A stretch of DNA of 63,043 bases, filler included, from Hyphochytrium catenoides (GCA_900088475.1; 17 parts of 17 records of this genome joined end to end with filler, not necessarily neighbours in it); one strand, 5' to 3'; positions 23,663 through 36,059 are shown, counted from the first letter of the whole stretch. The notes: generated from the letters alone by a model not told the origin. Made by a program: numbers and translations.

Positions 23663-24648
23663 TTTCTCTGTCTCTTGCTTCTGTTCTTTCCCGAAAAGTC
23701 CCAACGCTCAGAAAAGAGTAGATCACTCTTTCCTGATCCTATCACCGCATAAAGGCTATGCGGGTGCTATTGAGGAAGCCACGAAGGGCTCTACCAAGAG
23801 GAGGAACTAAGTCGCCAGGCTTTGTATCTTTCCTTCTTTCTTTTCTCTTTCCGTCTTTCTTCGTTCAGTGGTCTGCTATATGCGCGCGTTTCGGGCTTTG
23901 CGCCGCTCAGCTGAGTCCAACGTTCTTGTCTGATGTCGAAGTTTGAATTCTGATGCCTATCCTGAGTTCAAAGAAAGCTGGAGCTGGATGAGAGGTGAGA
24001 GCCAAAGAGCGGAAGGAAAGGCCTACTGCAGAGGAAGAGAGAGAGAGTGAGAGAGAGAAAGAGGGAGAGAGAGAAAGGGTGATGACTGCCGTGACTCAGC
24101 ATTCATCACTGCTGAGGCGCTGTGTGTCTAATGATGCCAGTGCGGGACCTGTGATACTTTGGGGACAGAGCCTGAGTGAAGGTAGATGGGAAGAAGAGAG
24201 AGAGGGGAGAAGAGAAGTGAGGAGAGGTGATGAAGCTAGTGGACAGACAGAGGAGAAACAGGCGCTGTGACGCCGAGAGTGACGATCTTGCAAAGAGTTG
24301 CCTCGAACAAAGCAGAGTTGAGATAGAGTTCACCTGCAGAAGGAAGAGAGAGAGAGAAGAGAGAGAGAGAGAGNNNNNNNNNNNNNNNNNNNNNNNNNNN
24401 NNNNNNNNNNNNNNNNNTTAATTAATTAANNNNNNNNNNNNNNNNNNNNNNNNNNNNNNNNNNNNNNNNNNNNCCGCCTGACGCAAAAACCTAAACAAAA
24501 AAGCTTCGCCCTTCGGGCTCGCCAATTATCAGCTCTTCTTCTTCTTCTACTACGTGGTACGACGGCAGCTTCTTCACCATCCATCGTCGATCACAATTCT
24601 AACATCCAACCACCACCACCACCAACAATCTACTATTTTGGAAACAAG

Positions 24649-25526
24649 ATGGGCAAGGGAAAGAGCTGGGCTGCAGTTGAGGATGAACAACTCTGCCGTT
24701 CATGGTTGAATGTGTCTCAGGACCCCATCACTGCCAACTCACAGAAGGCGCACACCTTCTGGTCTCGAGTTTGGACTCATTTCAACGAAAATCTTCCTGG
24801 TGACGTGATCAGTGAGAGATTAGAGAAGCTCTTCAACAACGATGGGGGACCATACAGCATGACGTCTCAAAGTTTGCTGGAGATTTTGCAAAGGTGATTG
24901 CACTTAATGAGAGTGGGAAAAACGAGGATGACATCGTTAAGGATGCCCTGCGGGTTTACCAGGAGACGCACCCTAAAGGTCAACGTTTCTTGTTTATCCA
25001 TTGTTGGTACATTCTACGCAATGCCCCCAAGTGGGCTGACTATACCGTGGCAAGCAAGAAGAAAAAAACGAAGGTGGTGATAAGCTTCGAAAGTAGGAGC
25101 AGAGGACCCCAGTCTTCTAATGGATCTGATGATGGAGGAGAGGCAACACGTAACGATTCTCCTGCAAGTCTCGACGAGAAGAGCGTCACTCACATGATGG
25201 ACGGCCCAGAAAAAGACGAGAATTATCAAGACAGCAACGGGGCCACGATATCGAACGTCATAAGTGCAAGGAAGCGGCCTGCTGGAGTCGAAAAGGCAAA
25301 GGCTGATAAGAAAGATGACCACTTTAACACACAATATCTTACTCTTACGGAGGATATGGCAGAGTCAGCTCGGAAGAAGGTGAAAGCTATCGAGGATCAC
25401 TTCGCGTTGCAGCTGTTCAGCTTAAGAGATGATCAGATACCACCAGAATCGAAAAGGTTTTTTGATCTAAAGCGACAGGCCATTCTCAGAGAACTAGAGA
25501 ATTCAGTAAAGGAAAAAGGTTGCTGA
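24649..25526 (+). pseudogene. Harbinger Myb/SANT-like (NAM-associated) DNA-binding protein, frameshift near 24820
   Basis: WAAVEDEQLCRSWLNVSQDPITANSQK..FWSRV; next frame LQQRWGTIQHDVSKF..SGKNEDD..FLFIHCWYILRNAPKW, RPAGVEKAK. Confidence 0.85.
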
Positions 25527-25574
25527 TCAGCAGCACCAAACCCAAAGACGTCGCTACGTGATGGAGTCGTTGAA

Positions 25575-26970
25575 TTAATGGTACTCTAAAGTGCTCGCCT
25601 TTGTCTTTGTTAGCCTGACTTGTTCACTACCCTTTTGGCGCCAGAGATGTTCAATTAGCTCATCTCGAAGCAAATAGTGGGCCCTACTGTCATGAATGTT
25701 CTTGATATCCTGTATCGATCGTGTGAGGGACCCAATACTATGTGCAGTACCCTCTCCGTCAACGGCGTCTACTAACGGCTGTCTAGCCCATGCACCCACG
25801 GCCTCTTCTATTCTGTGCCGTCATTCTCTCTCGGACCTTGAACGTCATGGTGGTTACTTGCTTGACTGCCGTCATCGTAGATAAATTGGATGATATCTGG
25901 GTTGTATGTCTCATCCTCCCTTTCGTCCTCGACGATCATGTTGTGCAGGATGGTGCATGCTCTAATAACGACATCCATTCTTTCTTGAAACCAGAATCTG
26001 GAAGGCTGCTTGAGTATACGGAGGCGGGCTTGAAGGACGCCAAAGCAGCGCTCAACATCCTTTCGAACTGCTTCTTGCATCTTTGCAAAATGGACTCGTT
26101 TGGCGTCTTGCGGCTCTGATATTGTCTGCACGAAGAAGACAGACCACTTCGGGTAGACCCCATCAGCAAGATAATAAATAACCTTTCTTGAAGGCCGTTT
26201 CTCCAAGGCAAAAGTGCGCATCTGGGGCATTACCGCGGAGAAGATCTTTGATCAGCGGAGACCTGTCAAGGATGTTGATGTCGTTGTTGGAGCCTGGCAT
26301 CCCAAAAAATGCGTGCCAGATCCAGAGGTCATGGGAAGCAATAGCTTCAAGAACGACTGAAGGATACCTTCCTTTTCCTTTATATTGCCCTGCCCATGCT
26401 CGTGGACATTTTTCCCAGTACCAGTGCATACAGTCAATGGAACCCAGCATCCCTGGAAATCCTCGAGCAGCGTTTATCCGGAGAAGCCTTTGAACGTCTT
26501 CTTCTGTCGGTGAGCGCATATACTCTTCCTCATATACCTTACAGACTGCGGAGCAGAACCTGTCGAAAGGTGGTGCTCTCGGCAATGCGAAGGTTTTGAT
26601 CTAAAGAGTCAGCAGATGCTCCAGTAGTTATCATTTTCCATGCTGCGACTACCTTCTGCAAACTCGAAAGCCCCAGAACTCCACACGCGTCTGTCTTTTG
26701 AACAAAGTAGCTGTCGACGGCCACCACTGCATCGTGAACCTTCAAGAAGAGTTCTTTCCGCATACGAAACCTCCTGCGAAAAATAAAGCCATTATAGACG
26801 GGATTCTCACTGAAATAGTCATTCCAGAGCTTCTTGTGGCCTAGCTCAGCCCTCTGACAATCAATGTTGGGGGCCTTTCCAGCTCTGCTACAGCTCGTGC
26901 CATCAGACAGTAGACGATGCCCGCTCAGAAGACAGTTGAGAATATTGTCTTCGTCATCATCATCGAACAT
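25575..26970 (-). pseudogene. PIF/Harbinger DDE transposase with about three frameshifts (~26560, ~26180, ~25830)
   Basis: DYFSENPVY..FRRRFRM, GFPGMLGSIDCMHW, WIWHAFFGMPGSNNDIN, YYLADGVYP, RKDVERCFGVLQAR, ILHNMIVEDE, LIEHLW spread over four ORFs. Confidence 0.92.
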
Positions 26971-27814
26971 GAGGAGCCGTTGCAGTTACTGCTGTTGCTG
27001 AACCTGCCATCCTTCAAGAGGAGCTACCATAGTTGTTAGTAGAGGAGGAGGAGGGAGAGGACCGTGCGCTGCTGTCTCAGTGGAAGACAGACTAGATGAC
27101 GATGATGATGGAGATGTAGTGGGCTCGGTAATGGGGCTCGAAGCGGTACCATCCCCCCTACTGGTGGTCGAGGGCATGGCTGTCGTGGAGCTGCTGGAAG
27201 AAGAGGAGAACATGACTGTGGAAGGCGAAGGTTGAATGAGGTCAACCTAATTGGCAATGATGAGATCTTGCGATCACAGTGGCACTCATCTCAGTCGTCC
27301 CCGCCCCACAGGAGGCAGCCGCACCAGCCGAAGATCGCGGCTCGGTGCTAGTTGTTTCTCGGTGCCGACAATGACGGAGCTGGTTCAATACTCTGAAGCG
27401 ATACTTAATCATTATTTAGTTTCCGTTCGGTTTTCACGACTGGTTCTCTTTTAGAGATGCATGTTGGCGGTGCGGAATTGTGTGCTCCTCACTATCTGTA
27501 AATTAGAGTGTCAAAATCCAACCAATCACAGCCCTAGAAATTTAAAGATAAAGTTTCGTTTACAGTGTCCCGGTGCAGTTGCTCTTAAGGACTCACTGTC
27601 CTGCCGTACCAATTAGCGATTAGAGTCCTCATCTACCTAATGACTGTTGGTTAATCCGCTTATGTCCGGAATCCGAATGGGCCACAGTCCTGATGGGGAA
27701 CTCAAGGAGCTCAGTTACTCATTTCGGAGTCTGAGTTGCTCCTTGACTTCAGTGGGAGTGTTAGGGCTGTGAGTTGTATCCGGTATATAGTTCCTGGTCA
27801 CTCCAGTCTAGTAT

Positions 27815-27894
27815 GGATATTTGGTGCAATGTCTTTGCGGTAGCACGCTTGGTTGATCATTCATGAGATCCAGGTTCAAGTCCTGGAATATCCT
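27815..27894 (+). ncRNA. tRNA-like cloverleaf (non-canonical tRNA, tRNA pseudogene or SINE head)
   Basis: Acceptor GGATATT/AATATCC, D stem GTGC/GCAC, T arm CCAGG-TTCAAGT-CCTGG (B box GGTTCAAGTCC), TTTT 5 nt downstream; 15-nt D loop, weak anticodon stem with 8-nt loop. Confidence 0.7.
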
Positions 27895-28739
27895 TTACTT
27901 TTCCAATAGCGATTTCCTTTCAAGACAACGTGATAACATAGGAAACAGGGTCCCATAAGCTCGTCATACTCACTTCGAGCATATCAATACAGCAGGCAAG
28001 CCTGAGGGCTCGCCCTTTTAGATATGGGTAATCCAGCCTTNNNNNNNNNNNNNNNNNNNNNNNNNNNNNNNNNNNNNNNNNNNNTTAATTAATTAANNNN
28101 NNNNNNNNNNNNNNNNNNNNNNNNNNNNNNNNNNNNNNNNCACATGCTACCATCATTTCCCAGCCGCCATCTTCGCTGTCCGTCATTGTGTGTCATTGAG
28201 CTCATACGTGAGTGCACCTTCTCAGGTCGAAGAGCGTGTCCTTGAGGCGAGGGTCAACAACAGGTACAGTAACGAAGCTTTGGCCTCTCTTCTGGTCTGT
28301 TGTCAGAACTCAGGTTGTTGAGGGAGGAGAGCCAGAAGGGCAGAGTGCATGATGGAGAAGGCATAGAGTGGAGACCTACGTGGTTGGATGGCGTTAGCGG
28401 CTACGGAGGTTGAAGTAGCTGGGAGTCCAGGCCTCCCCTTGGATTGTTGCTGGCAAGGCCCACAACTTACTTGGCCCACTTCTGTTCTTCAATTGGTGTA
28501 GGGAAGAGAGCGCCATCCCCGTACGCCGTCGTTACGCTGTTTGTGCGGGTAGCACAACGTGTCCTGGACAAGTGATAGAGCACGCGGCTGATGTGGTGCC
28601 GCCGCGCCATCACGCCGCTCACCGCCGCTCCAGCGCCACCTCCAACACCGCAGACTCAGACAGCAGCCTTATCGCCTCTGCTCCTCCTCCCTCTGTGCTT
28701 ATCGCCACCTTTAGACCAGCACCGTTATTATCAGACACA

Positions 28740-29256
28740 ATGGGACCCAAACGGAAAGGCGAGGCTGCGGCAGTGAAAGGAGACCAGAAAGAGAACATCC
28801 AACAATCTGCCAAGAAGATGCGTTATAGAGAGGATAGGCAAGCCGGCGATGGGCCCGCCAAGTGCAAAGTAAGCCGTCGCGCCCAGGGGCCGCCTGGCAG
28901 CTGTTACTCACATATTCTCTCTGCAGTGGTACCCGGGCATTGACCCAAAGGAGAGTCCGCACGGCCATCTCCCCTACCGACCTGCCGAACCTCAAATATG
29001 CTCAACGATCCTGGTACACCTTTACGTTTATCTTCCACCCTCTGGCTCTCTCTCACCATTTATTGGGCCCTCCCTTAGGACCACATTGGGAACACGCCGA
29101 TGGTTCGTATTAACAAGATCTCGAAGAAAGCTGGGCTGCAGTGTGAACTTCTGGCGAAATGTGAATTTTTCAATGCTGGAGGTTCGGTGCGTTCCTGCAA
29201 CGCGTCTGTCCTTCAATGCTCGCGTCCTGACCCTTTCGGCAGGTGAAGGATCGGAT
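28740..29256 (+). CDS. CBS: Cystathionine beta-synthase, 5' part; introns 28869-28926, 29014-29078, 29187-29242
   Basis: Spliced KCKWYPG...ESPH (heme Cys/His region), [33 protein letters not shown] (PLP lysine). Confidence 0.93.
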
Positions 29257-29802
29257 NNNNNNNNNNNNNNNNNNNNNNNNNNNNNNNNNNNNNNNNNNNN
29301 TTAATTAATTAANNNNNNNNNNNNNNNNNNNNNNNNNNNNNNNNNNNNNNNNNNNNACCCTGGAAGGAGATGACGAGGTTCACGAGAGACTTTGAGGCCA
29401 GACTTCTTTTTGCACTTCTTCTGCTTCTTCTTCTTTCTGCATTCAATAGTATAGGCGGCTGCGGTAAGGCCTTACCATAGTCGATATAATAATCCAACAA
29501 CAACAAAGGCTATAGTCAAACAATGTACCGAAGGAACCTTGAGAATCAGGTGCACGCAGCATAGGACCTACCACTTGCGACGTTATTGACAAAGATGCGG
29601 TCACACTGTATGTGTCCCATTGTTTATTATTACTCCTATAACTATGGGAAGGAGGACGTAATTTTTATAATAGAGAATAATGAATGATAAGAAAGAGACA
29701 CAAGTAGAGTTTGAGAGAGAGACGGAGGATAAGGTCGGAGATGCGAAGAGAGACAGACAGAGAGAGTGAGACATGAGAGAACCAAAGAGAGAGAGAGATA
29801 AC

Positions 29803-29853
<51 letters not shown>

Positions 29854-30808
29854 GTAATAGATGGAGCTTCTGGTAGGAAAAGTGAGCTTGGGAGGGTCGC
29901 TCCTGCGGTGCTGTTAGTCCTGTCATTTTATTAGCCGCGAGGTGCCGTTGAAGTTACAGCCTTGAACCATCCCTGCACCTGAAGATGTTCCGCTAGGCGG
30001 CCAACGGGCCCATCATGTGGTACTTTAGAATCTAATCCTACTCCGCTGGCCTAAGGTGGCAAAGTTCTGGGCAAGAAATGGAACATCAGCGACGAAGATG
30101 ACGTTGAGTCTTTGTTTTTACTCTCNNNCTCTCTCTCTCTCTCTCTCTCTATTTCTCTTATTAGCTTTGGTATAGCGGGGCGCAGCTGTCCCGCGTCTGT
30201 CTCACTTTGGTTCGTTGTTGGCCTTATCAGACTGGGAACTCACTCTCGAAGCTTTCTACTCTGCAGCAGCAGACTGCTACATCTTCACCTAGTTCTACGC
30301 TCTTCCGTCTCAGAGCTCCTGCGCTTCCACACTTCACACACTCACCTGACTCATCATTGCGGCGCCACGCCACCCGCATCTCTTTCCTTCCCTCTCCGGC
30401 GCTCGCCCTGGAGCTGTCTGAAACCTTACGAGGCGGGGCTTCACAATCTTCTTCTTACAACGCTTGCTCTTTGACTCTCTTTCTCAATCTATTGTCGACT
30501 CTCTTTGATCTCCTTGAAGCTGTCGTGCGAACAACCTGTTTCCTTTAGATCCTGGAGTCACTCAGGCAGGTGATAGACTTTAGAACAGTTCCGGCGCTCG
30601 CTCTCTGTCGCTGACGGCTGGCGGCCGATTCAGAGATCAATCAGAAGCTTGAAGATGTGTGGCTGCCTTCAAGGGAGAACCTGAATCGGGGAGAGGGAGA
30701 GACCTCTTATCTACCAACGAGAGGAAGGCTTTATCAGCGCCGCCCTCCCCTCACTTATCTCTTTCATTCGCCTGCTGTTGGGGCGGTGAATCCTGAGGTG
30801 GAGTCAAG

Positions 30809-31687
30809 ATGACAAGCAGTCCTGAAGTGGATGCGCTGCCTCGTACTTCGTATGACATGATCCTACGAGGAATCTTCTCTTGCATCGGGATCTTCCTCGC
30901 AATGAGAGGCTTCAGACATCTTCGTCTGTCTCTCTGTCTGGCAGGCTTCATTCTTGGCGTCAAATGCTCGGCGGCCACGTCTGCAGCTCTCCTCTACTCT
31001 TCATCATCTCTGTCGCACTGGTACTTCGACATCCTGCACATTGCTGTTGGCATCACGTTTGCTTCTCTTTGCTACTTTGTCCCTAAGGCCGGGCTATTCA
31101 CTTTAGGGTTCCAGTTCGGAGCTTTACTTAGTATATTTCTCTCTGTTACGCTGTTCTGGAGAATCTCTCCGACAGACGCGCTGACGATAGAGATTATTGC
31201 GTGCTCAATCTCAGGCGCAACGCTGGGAGTTGTCTTCCTTCTTCTGAAAAAGAAGAAAGGCCCTTGTATTGCGTCTCTCTCTCTCACCGGTGCCAGCCTT
31301 GTCATATCCCTTATTGGCCTGATAACAGAGACAGATGTGGACGTCATAGACATAGAAAAGAGCGCTACTGCCGCGCAGCAAGCCACGGGCAGCAGCGCTG
31401 TCTCTCTTCCTGCGTCAGTCTGGTACCTCAGCGGAGCGACTCTGCTTGCGGCTGCGCTGTTCGCGTGGTTCCAATGGCGCTTCAGCTCTCATCTGCTGGA
31501 CTACGAGTTCACCTCCACCAATGGGCTAGTGCAGCTAAAGAGACCGTTTGAGGAAGCTTCAAGCCGCTGGATTGTGGACTATCTCCCCGCTATCACGTTC
31601 AGAACCTCCTCTACCACGCCCAGCGCAATAGAGAGAGGAGAGAGAGAGAGAAGAGAGCGAGGACCGGTGAGCAGAATAGTTTGTTAG
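30809..31687 (+). CDS. TMEM198/TM7S3-like (DUF4203) multi-pass membrane protein, intronless
   Basis: GIFLAMRGFRHLRLSLCLAGFILG, GLFTLGFQFGALL, SLSLTGASLV, terminal FAWFQW; about 7 hydrophobic segments. Confidence 0.7.
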   Translation: MTSSPEVDALPRTSYDMILRGIFSCIGIFLAMRGFRHLRLSLCLAGFILGVKCSAATSAALLYSSSSLSHWYFDILHIAVGITFASLCYFVPKAGLFTLGFQFGALLSIFLSVTLFWRISPTDALTIEIIACSISGATLGVVFLLLKKKKGPCIASLSLTGASLVISLIGLITETDVDVIDIEKSATAAQQATGSSAVSLPASVWYLSGATLLAAALFAWFQWRFSSHLLDYEFTSTNGLVQLKRPFEEASSRWIVDYLPAITFRTSSTTPSAIERGERERRERGPVSRIVC

Positions 31688-32188
31688 CGAACTCAACGAA
31701 GCGGAAGAGACCCAACCTAGCTCACTAAATAGCAGTGCCGCAGTCAGCAATGGCAAGCTGAAGGGTGAAAGAAGAAAGGGTCTAGTCGTATAGGATGCGG
31801 ACGCTTTCCTATGGCAGCAGAGTCTGGGAGACAGGAGTCTCTCTCTCTTTCTCATCCTAAAAGCGACGCATAAAGGCCGGTGTAGACAAAGTGCCCCATG
31901 CTTGACGGCATCATCCCCTCAAAGGAAAGCCCTGCTTGCAAGTCCACAGCGAGTGGAGAGAGAATTCATTCTTCTTTATCCCTCAGACCAGCCTCCCTCG
32001 CTTCTCCCGTTTCTCTCTCTTTCTCCTCTCCTCTCTCTCTCACTCTCTTCCCTCCTCGGTATCAGATGCCGTTCATCTCAGAGATGGTTAGCTTCTAACA
32101 TTATTTATTCAATAAAATATCCTGATGTCGCTGCCATTCTAGGCCTCCTTGGCCCTCCTCCTTCTTTCCAATGCTCACACCGTCGCCT

Positions 32189-32645
32189 TCACTGAAGAAC
32201 ATCAGACATATTTCCGCCTCCTTCGCCTTCGGTCGCCCAGTTGTCAGAGAGAGAGGGCATGGAGCTCTCAGGAGAGAAAGCGGTCTTGGAAAAGAGGATG
32301 TCAGGCGGTTCCCAGCTTGTCTCTCCTGTGTGAAGGTTGTACCAGTAGCTCCTCTGCTGGACCTCGTCCCACGCCGCTTGCCAATTCTCTCTCTCCTCTT
32401 CTTGACTCTTCTCTCTCTCGGCTTGAAGTCTCTCTTCCTCTTCTCTCCACTTTGCTTCTCGGGCAGCTAGTTCCAGCTCGAGCGCTTCTACCTCCTGCTG
32501 GTGTTTGACCCTCTTCTCTCTCTCTCTTCTCTCTCGCAGCAGCGGCGGGCAGTACATGTGGAAAGCGGTCCAGTTATTGCTTTCAGGATCTAAGATTATG
32601 ACTTGGTGCTCCTGTTGTCGGAGGGAGAGGAACTCGAGGTCCCCT
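32189..32645 (-). CDS. Terminal exon of a coiled-coil + WW-domain protein
   Basis: WQAAWDEVQQRSYWYNLHTGETSWEPP is a canonical WW domain; AG acceptor after a CT tract at ~32646. Confidence 0.8.
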
Positions 32646-32674
32646 AGGAGAGAGAAAAAGAGAACAGAGAGAAC

Positions 32675-32711
<37 letters not shown>

Positions 32712-33134
32712 GAGAGAAAGAGAGAGAGAGGAAGAGAGAGAAACTGTCACTCATACGTGTGCCGAGAGAGTGGAAAGGCCATCGACTGTGCGCTGACAGG
32801 CGATGGAGAAGACAATACGGGCTCGGAAGTCATGATCAAGAGCGAAACAGAACAAGAGAGAGAGGAGCCAAACGTAGCGGAGAGCGGAAGTGGAACAGTT
32901 TTGAAGGGAGATAGAGGTGTCGACAAAGAGGAAGAACGATAGAAAGAGCGAGAGAGAGANNNNNNNNNNNNNNNNNNNNNNNNNNNNNNNNNNNNNNNNN
33001 NNNTTAATTAATTAANNNNNNNNNNNNNNNNNNNNNNNNNNNNNNNNNNNNNNNNNNNNTCTGCGCTCACCGCGAGGTATAAACTAAACTCCTCAGTGCC
33101 TCTCCTCAGTATCTGCTACTGCGCGAAAACTCTG

Positions 33135-33172
<38 letters not shown>

Positions 33173-34384
33173 GGCGAGAGCCCGACCGACTGAGGGGAGA
33201 GGAGCAGAGAAGGAGAGAGATAGGCACAGATTAGGTGATCTCCACAATCTCTCAAGCTAGTGATAGATAATAAAGTTACTATTTTACAGTTGCAGATATG
33301 GATTATGCCTGTCGACAGAGCAAGGATGAAGCTGAGACAGAGAGAGAGAGAAGAGAAAGAGAGAGAGAGACANNNNNNNNNNNNNNNNNNNNNNNNNNNN
33401 NNNNNNNNNNNNNNAGAGAGAGACTAGGAGAGAGAAGAGAGAGAGACAAAGAACGGACAGAATAGAGACAGAAACTGTCACTCAGGTCCAGCATGACAGA
33501 AAGCGAACCATGTGGGAACTGGGAAGGGACATAAAGAGGAAGAGCAAATTGTACGGCGTCGACCCTGGGGAAGTGTGAAGAAGAGGCAGACGGAGAGAGA
33601 GAGAAAAGGTTTTGAGAATAAGAAGATGAAGGAGGAGATATCCGGTTTTTTATCGGAACTGCCGCAGTCCACGACCTTGCTCTGGTTGGGAAGGAGTGAA
33701 GGCCTCGCTCTCTGTCGCAAAGGTTAGGGTTAATGGGAAGAGAAGACGATGGACTGATTGTGCGGCTGAAGGGGAGAAAGAGTAGGTAGAAAAGAACGCC
33801 AAAGGCACGCAATCCAGGGCGCTCGTATAAGAGGCAAATGAGGGAGAAGGTTGTCTAGGGGAAAGAGACTGAACTCTTGGCAGACACAGACCGAAGGCAA
33901 ACGAAGGAGAATAAGGTCAACACGGAAAGACTATCATCAATGAAGAAGGGAGATTGAATAGCAGAGGTCCCGGAGAGAGATGAGAGTCGGCGCATACCAA
34001 AGTCCTGAGAGAAGGGTCCTGGTCCTCCCTCCTGCCCTCTTTGATTTTCACGTTTCTTGAAGTAGTAGANNNNNNNNNNNNNNNNNNNNNNAGAGAGAGA
34101 GAGAGAGAGAGAGAAGAAACCGCGGGAGGGGGTGGATTCAGGCACGGAAAAAGAGGTAACTCCTTCAAGAGCATAGAAGAGAGACCTAGAGAAGCAGAAC
34201 GGCGCTGTAGAAGACGGAGAAAAGGGCTCAAAGTGAAGTAGTTAGAGGCAAGTGATTGACTCTTTGACGGTATTTGAGTCAGATCGAGGGTAATGCGAAG
34301 AGGAGGCAAGGGAAAATGCAGCTGAAGGAAGAGACAGCAGCTATTCAGTACGTCCTAAGCAGCGAGAAGCGTGCGGGATCTGAC

Positions 34385-35642
34385 CTGTGTCAAGAAGGGT
34401 CTTATTCTGTTGATTTCTAGGGCAGTCACGTTGTTCATCTGAGTAAAACGCAGGGAGAAGAGAAGAAGGGAGGAGAAGAATAGAGAGAGATTGAGGGAGA
34501 TGGAAGATGGCAACAGGAGAAAGCGTCCTTCGGGAAGATAATCGGGGCCCATCAGTCTTGCCTCTCTCTCTCCTCTGTCGCAGTTCCCCACGCGCTCACC
34601 TGCACAGAGTAGGCGCTACCTCCTTCTTGGCTGACATCTCTGGCGATGCTTTTCAAACCTCTTCGGATTTTGAAGTTTCTGACATCCTGAATATCCTGAA
34701 GCAGACATGGAGCATATTAGAAATGTACCAGTGGTACTCGGGCATAAAGAGAGGGAAAGAGCGATAGAGAGAGGGCAAGGAGCAACGAGAGAACATCATT
34801 AGAGGAAAAAAAGCGGCAAGCAAGAAGTTAGACAGGGAGCAAGAGTAGTAGAGATAATCGAGAAAGAGGCTGAGAGACAGAGAAATTACTAAGAGAGCGA
34901 CAGGCACCATATTCACCGACCCACCAGGAAGAAGAAGAGTTTTGATAGCGGGACAAGCAGTAGAGAAGGCAGGGGATGAGAGTGCTACCCGTATAGCCCT
35001 AGACTAACCTCAATGAGCATGCGAATCATATCAGCATTGCGAATGTCATCTGCAGCACTTTGCAGGGAAGAGGCAGAGAAAGGAGAAAGAGAGAAACAGA
35101 GAATTTGTGAGCATCAGGTCACCAGGGATAATGCCTAAACGAAGAGAGAAGCAGCAGCCATCAAAGAGGGCAAAAGGGTCCAACAGCAGACGATTTTCAG
35201 TCCGTCCAACCCTAAGAATGGGCCCACACGTCACGCAGCATGTTCCCTTTCTAATCTATTTGCTTTGGCCCTCTTTCTCTCCATGTTTCCACTTACCATT
35301 CAAGCAGCATGGCCGATATCTCTAGGTAATGATAGGGCAGCTCCTCAAACATCTCGCTATTCTTCTCGCTCTCAAGCTTACGACCCAGCACCGCTACAGC
35401 AGACATAGGGGATGAGAGAAAGTCGGACGTAATGTTATTTTCCCAAAAGATGTCGGAGTAGGTGCCCTGAGTTAAGACGACAAGAAGAGGTCGCACAGAA
35501 GCAGGAGCAGATCAGAAGAAGTATAGCAAAGGAGTGTAGCTGATAGCAGAGGCATGAGGCCAAGACCTGGGTCCATCCACTCCGGTTGCACAATACGACA
35601 TCTGTGATGTTCCTTCAGAAAAATCGCAAGCCAAAGTGGTAC
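34385..35642 (-). CDS. PSF2: GINS complex subunit Psf2, internal exons
   Basis: Exons encode VPLWLAIFLKEHHRCRIVQPEWM, FEELPYHYLEIS, AADDI..IRMLIE, DIQDVRNFKI, NNVTALEINRIRPF. Confidence 0.9.
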
Positions 35643-36059
35643 NNNNNNNNNNNNNNNNNNNNNNNNNNNNNNNNNNNNNNNNNNNNTTAATTAATTAANN
35701 NNNNNNNNNNNNNNNNNNNNNNNNNNNNNNNNNNNNNNNNNNGATGATGAGAAGAGGAACACTGTTGAGCAGAAGGACTGATCACTGCAGAGATTACTAC
35801 TATTTAGCTAGCTTGGTTGTCGAGCACAGAACATCGTTAACCCTAAGATCAGTATAGTGTAATGCCCATCGTCCTCGGCATTGGGTTTGCTGGCTTTCTT
35901 ACTACCTCTGATAGCACTGGCCCATTCTATAGATGAATTATTAGATCTTGTACAAGTAGACCCTAGTGGCTATGTATCTACAGCTGCATTAATAGAGGAA
36001 GAAGCAGATGAAGTATTTTTTTCAAATCTCACCGCCACTGCTAAAATGGTCGTTCGTAC

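Larger units (their letters stand above)
24474..27588. mobile_element. PIF/Harbinger DNA transposon (defective); right TIR ...GGTGCAGTTGCTCT followed by TAA target site; left end lost at contig start
   Basis: Convergent Myb/SANT-like ORF and DDE transposase; reverse complement of the end reads TTA-AGAGCAACTGCACC, the GAGCA-type PIF/Tourist terminus. Confidence 0.9.

Noticed and set aside
29935-30090. Possible multibranch RNA (AGGTGC/GCACCT, GATGTTCC/GGAACATC)
   Set aside because: Stems are few and short enough to arise by chance
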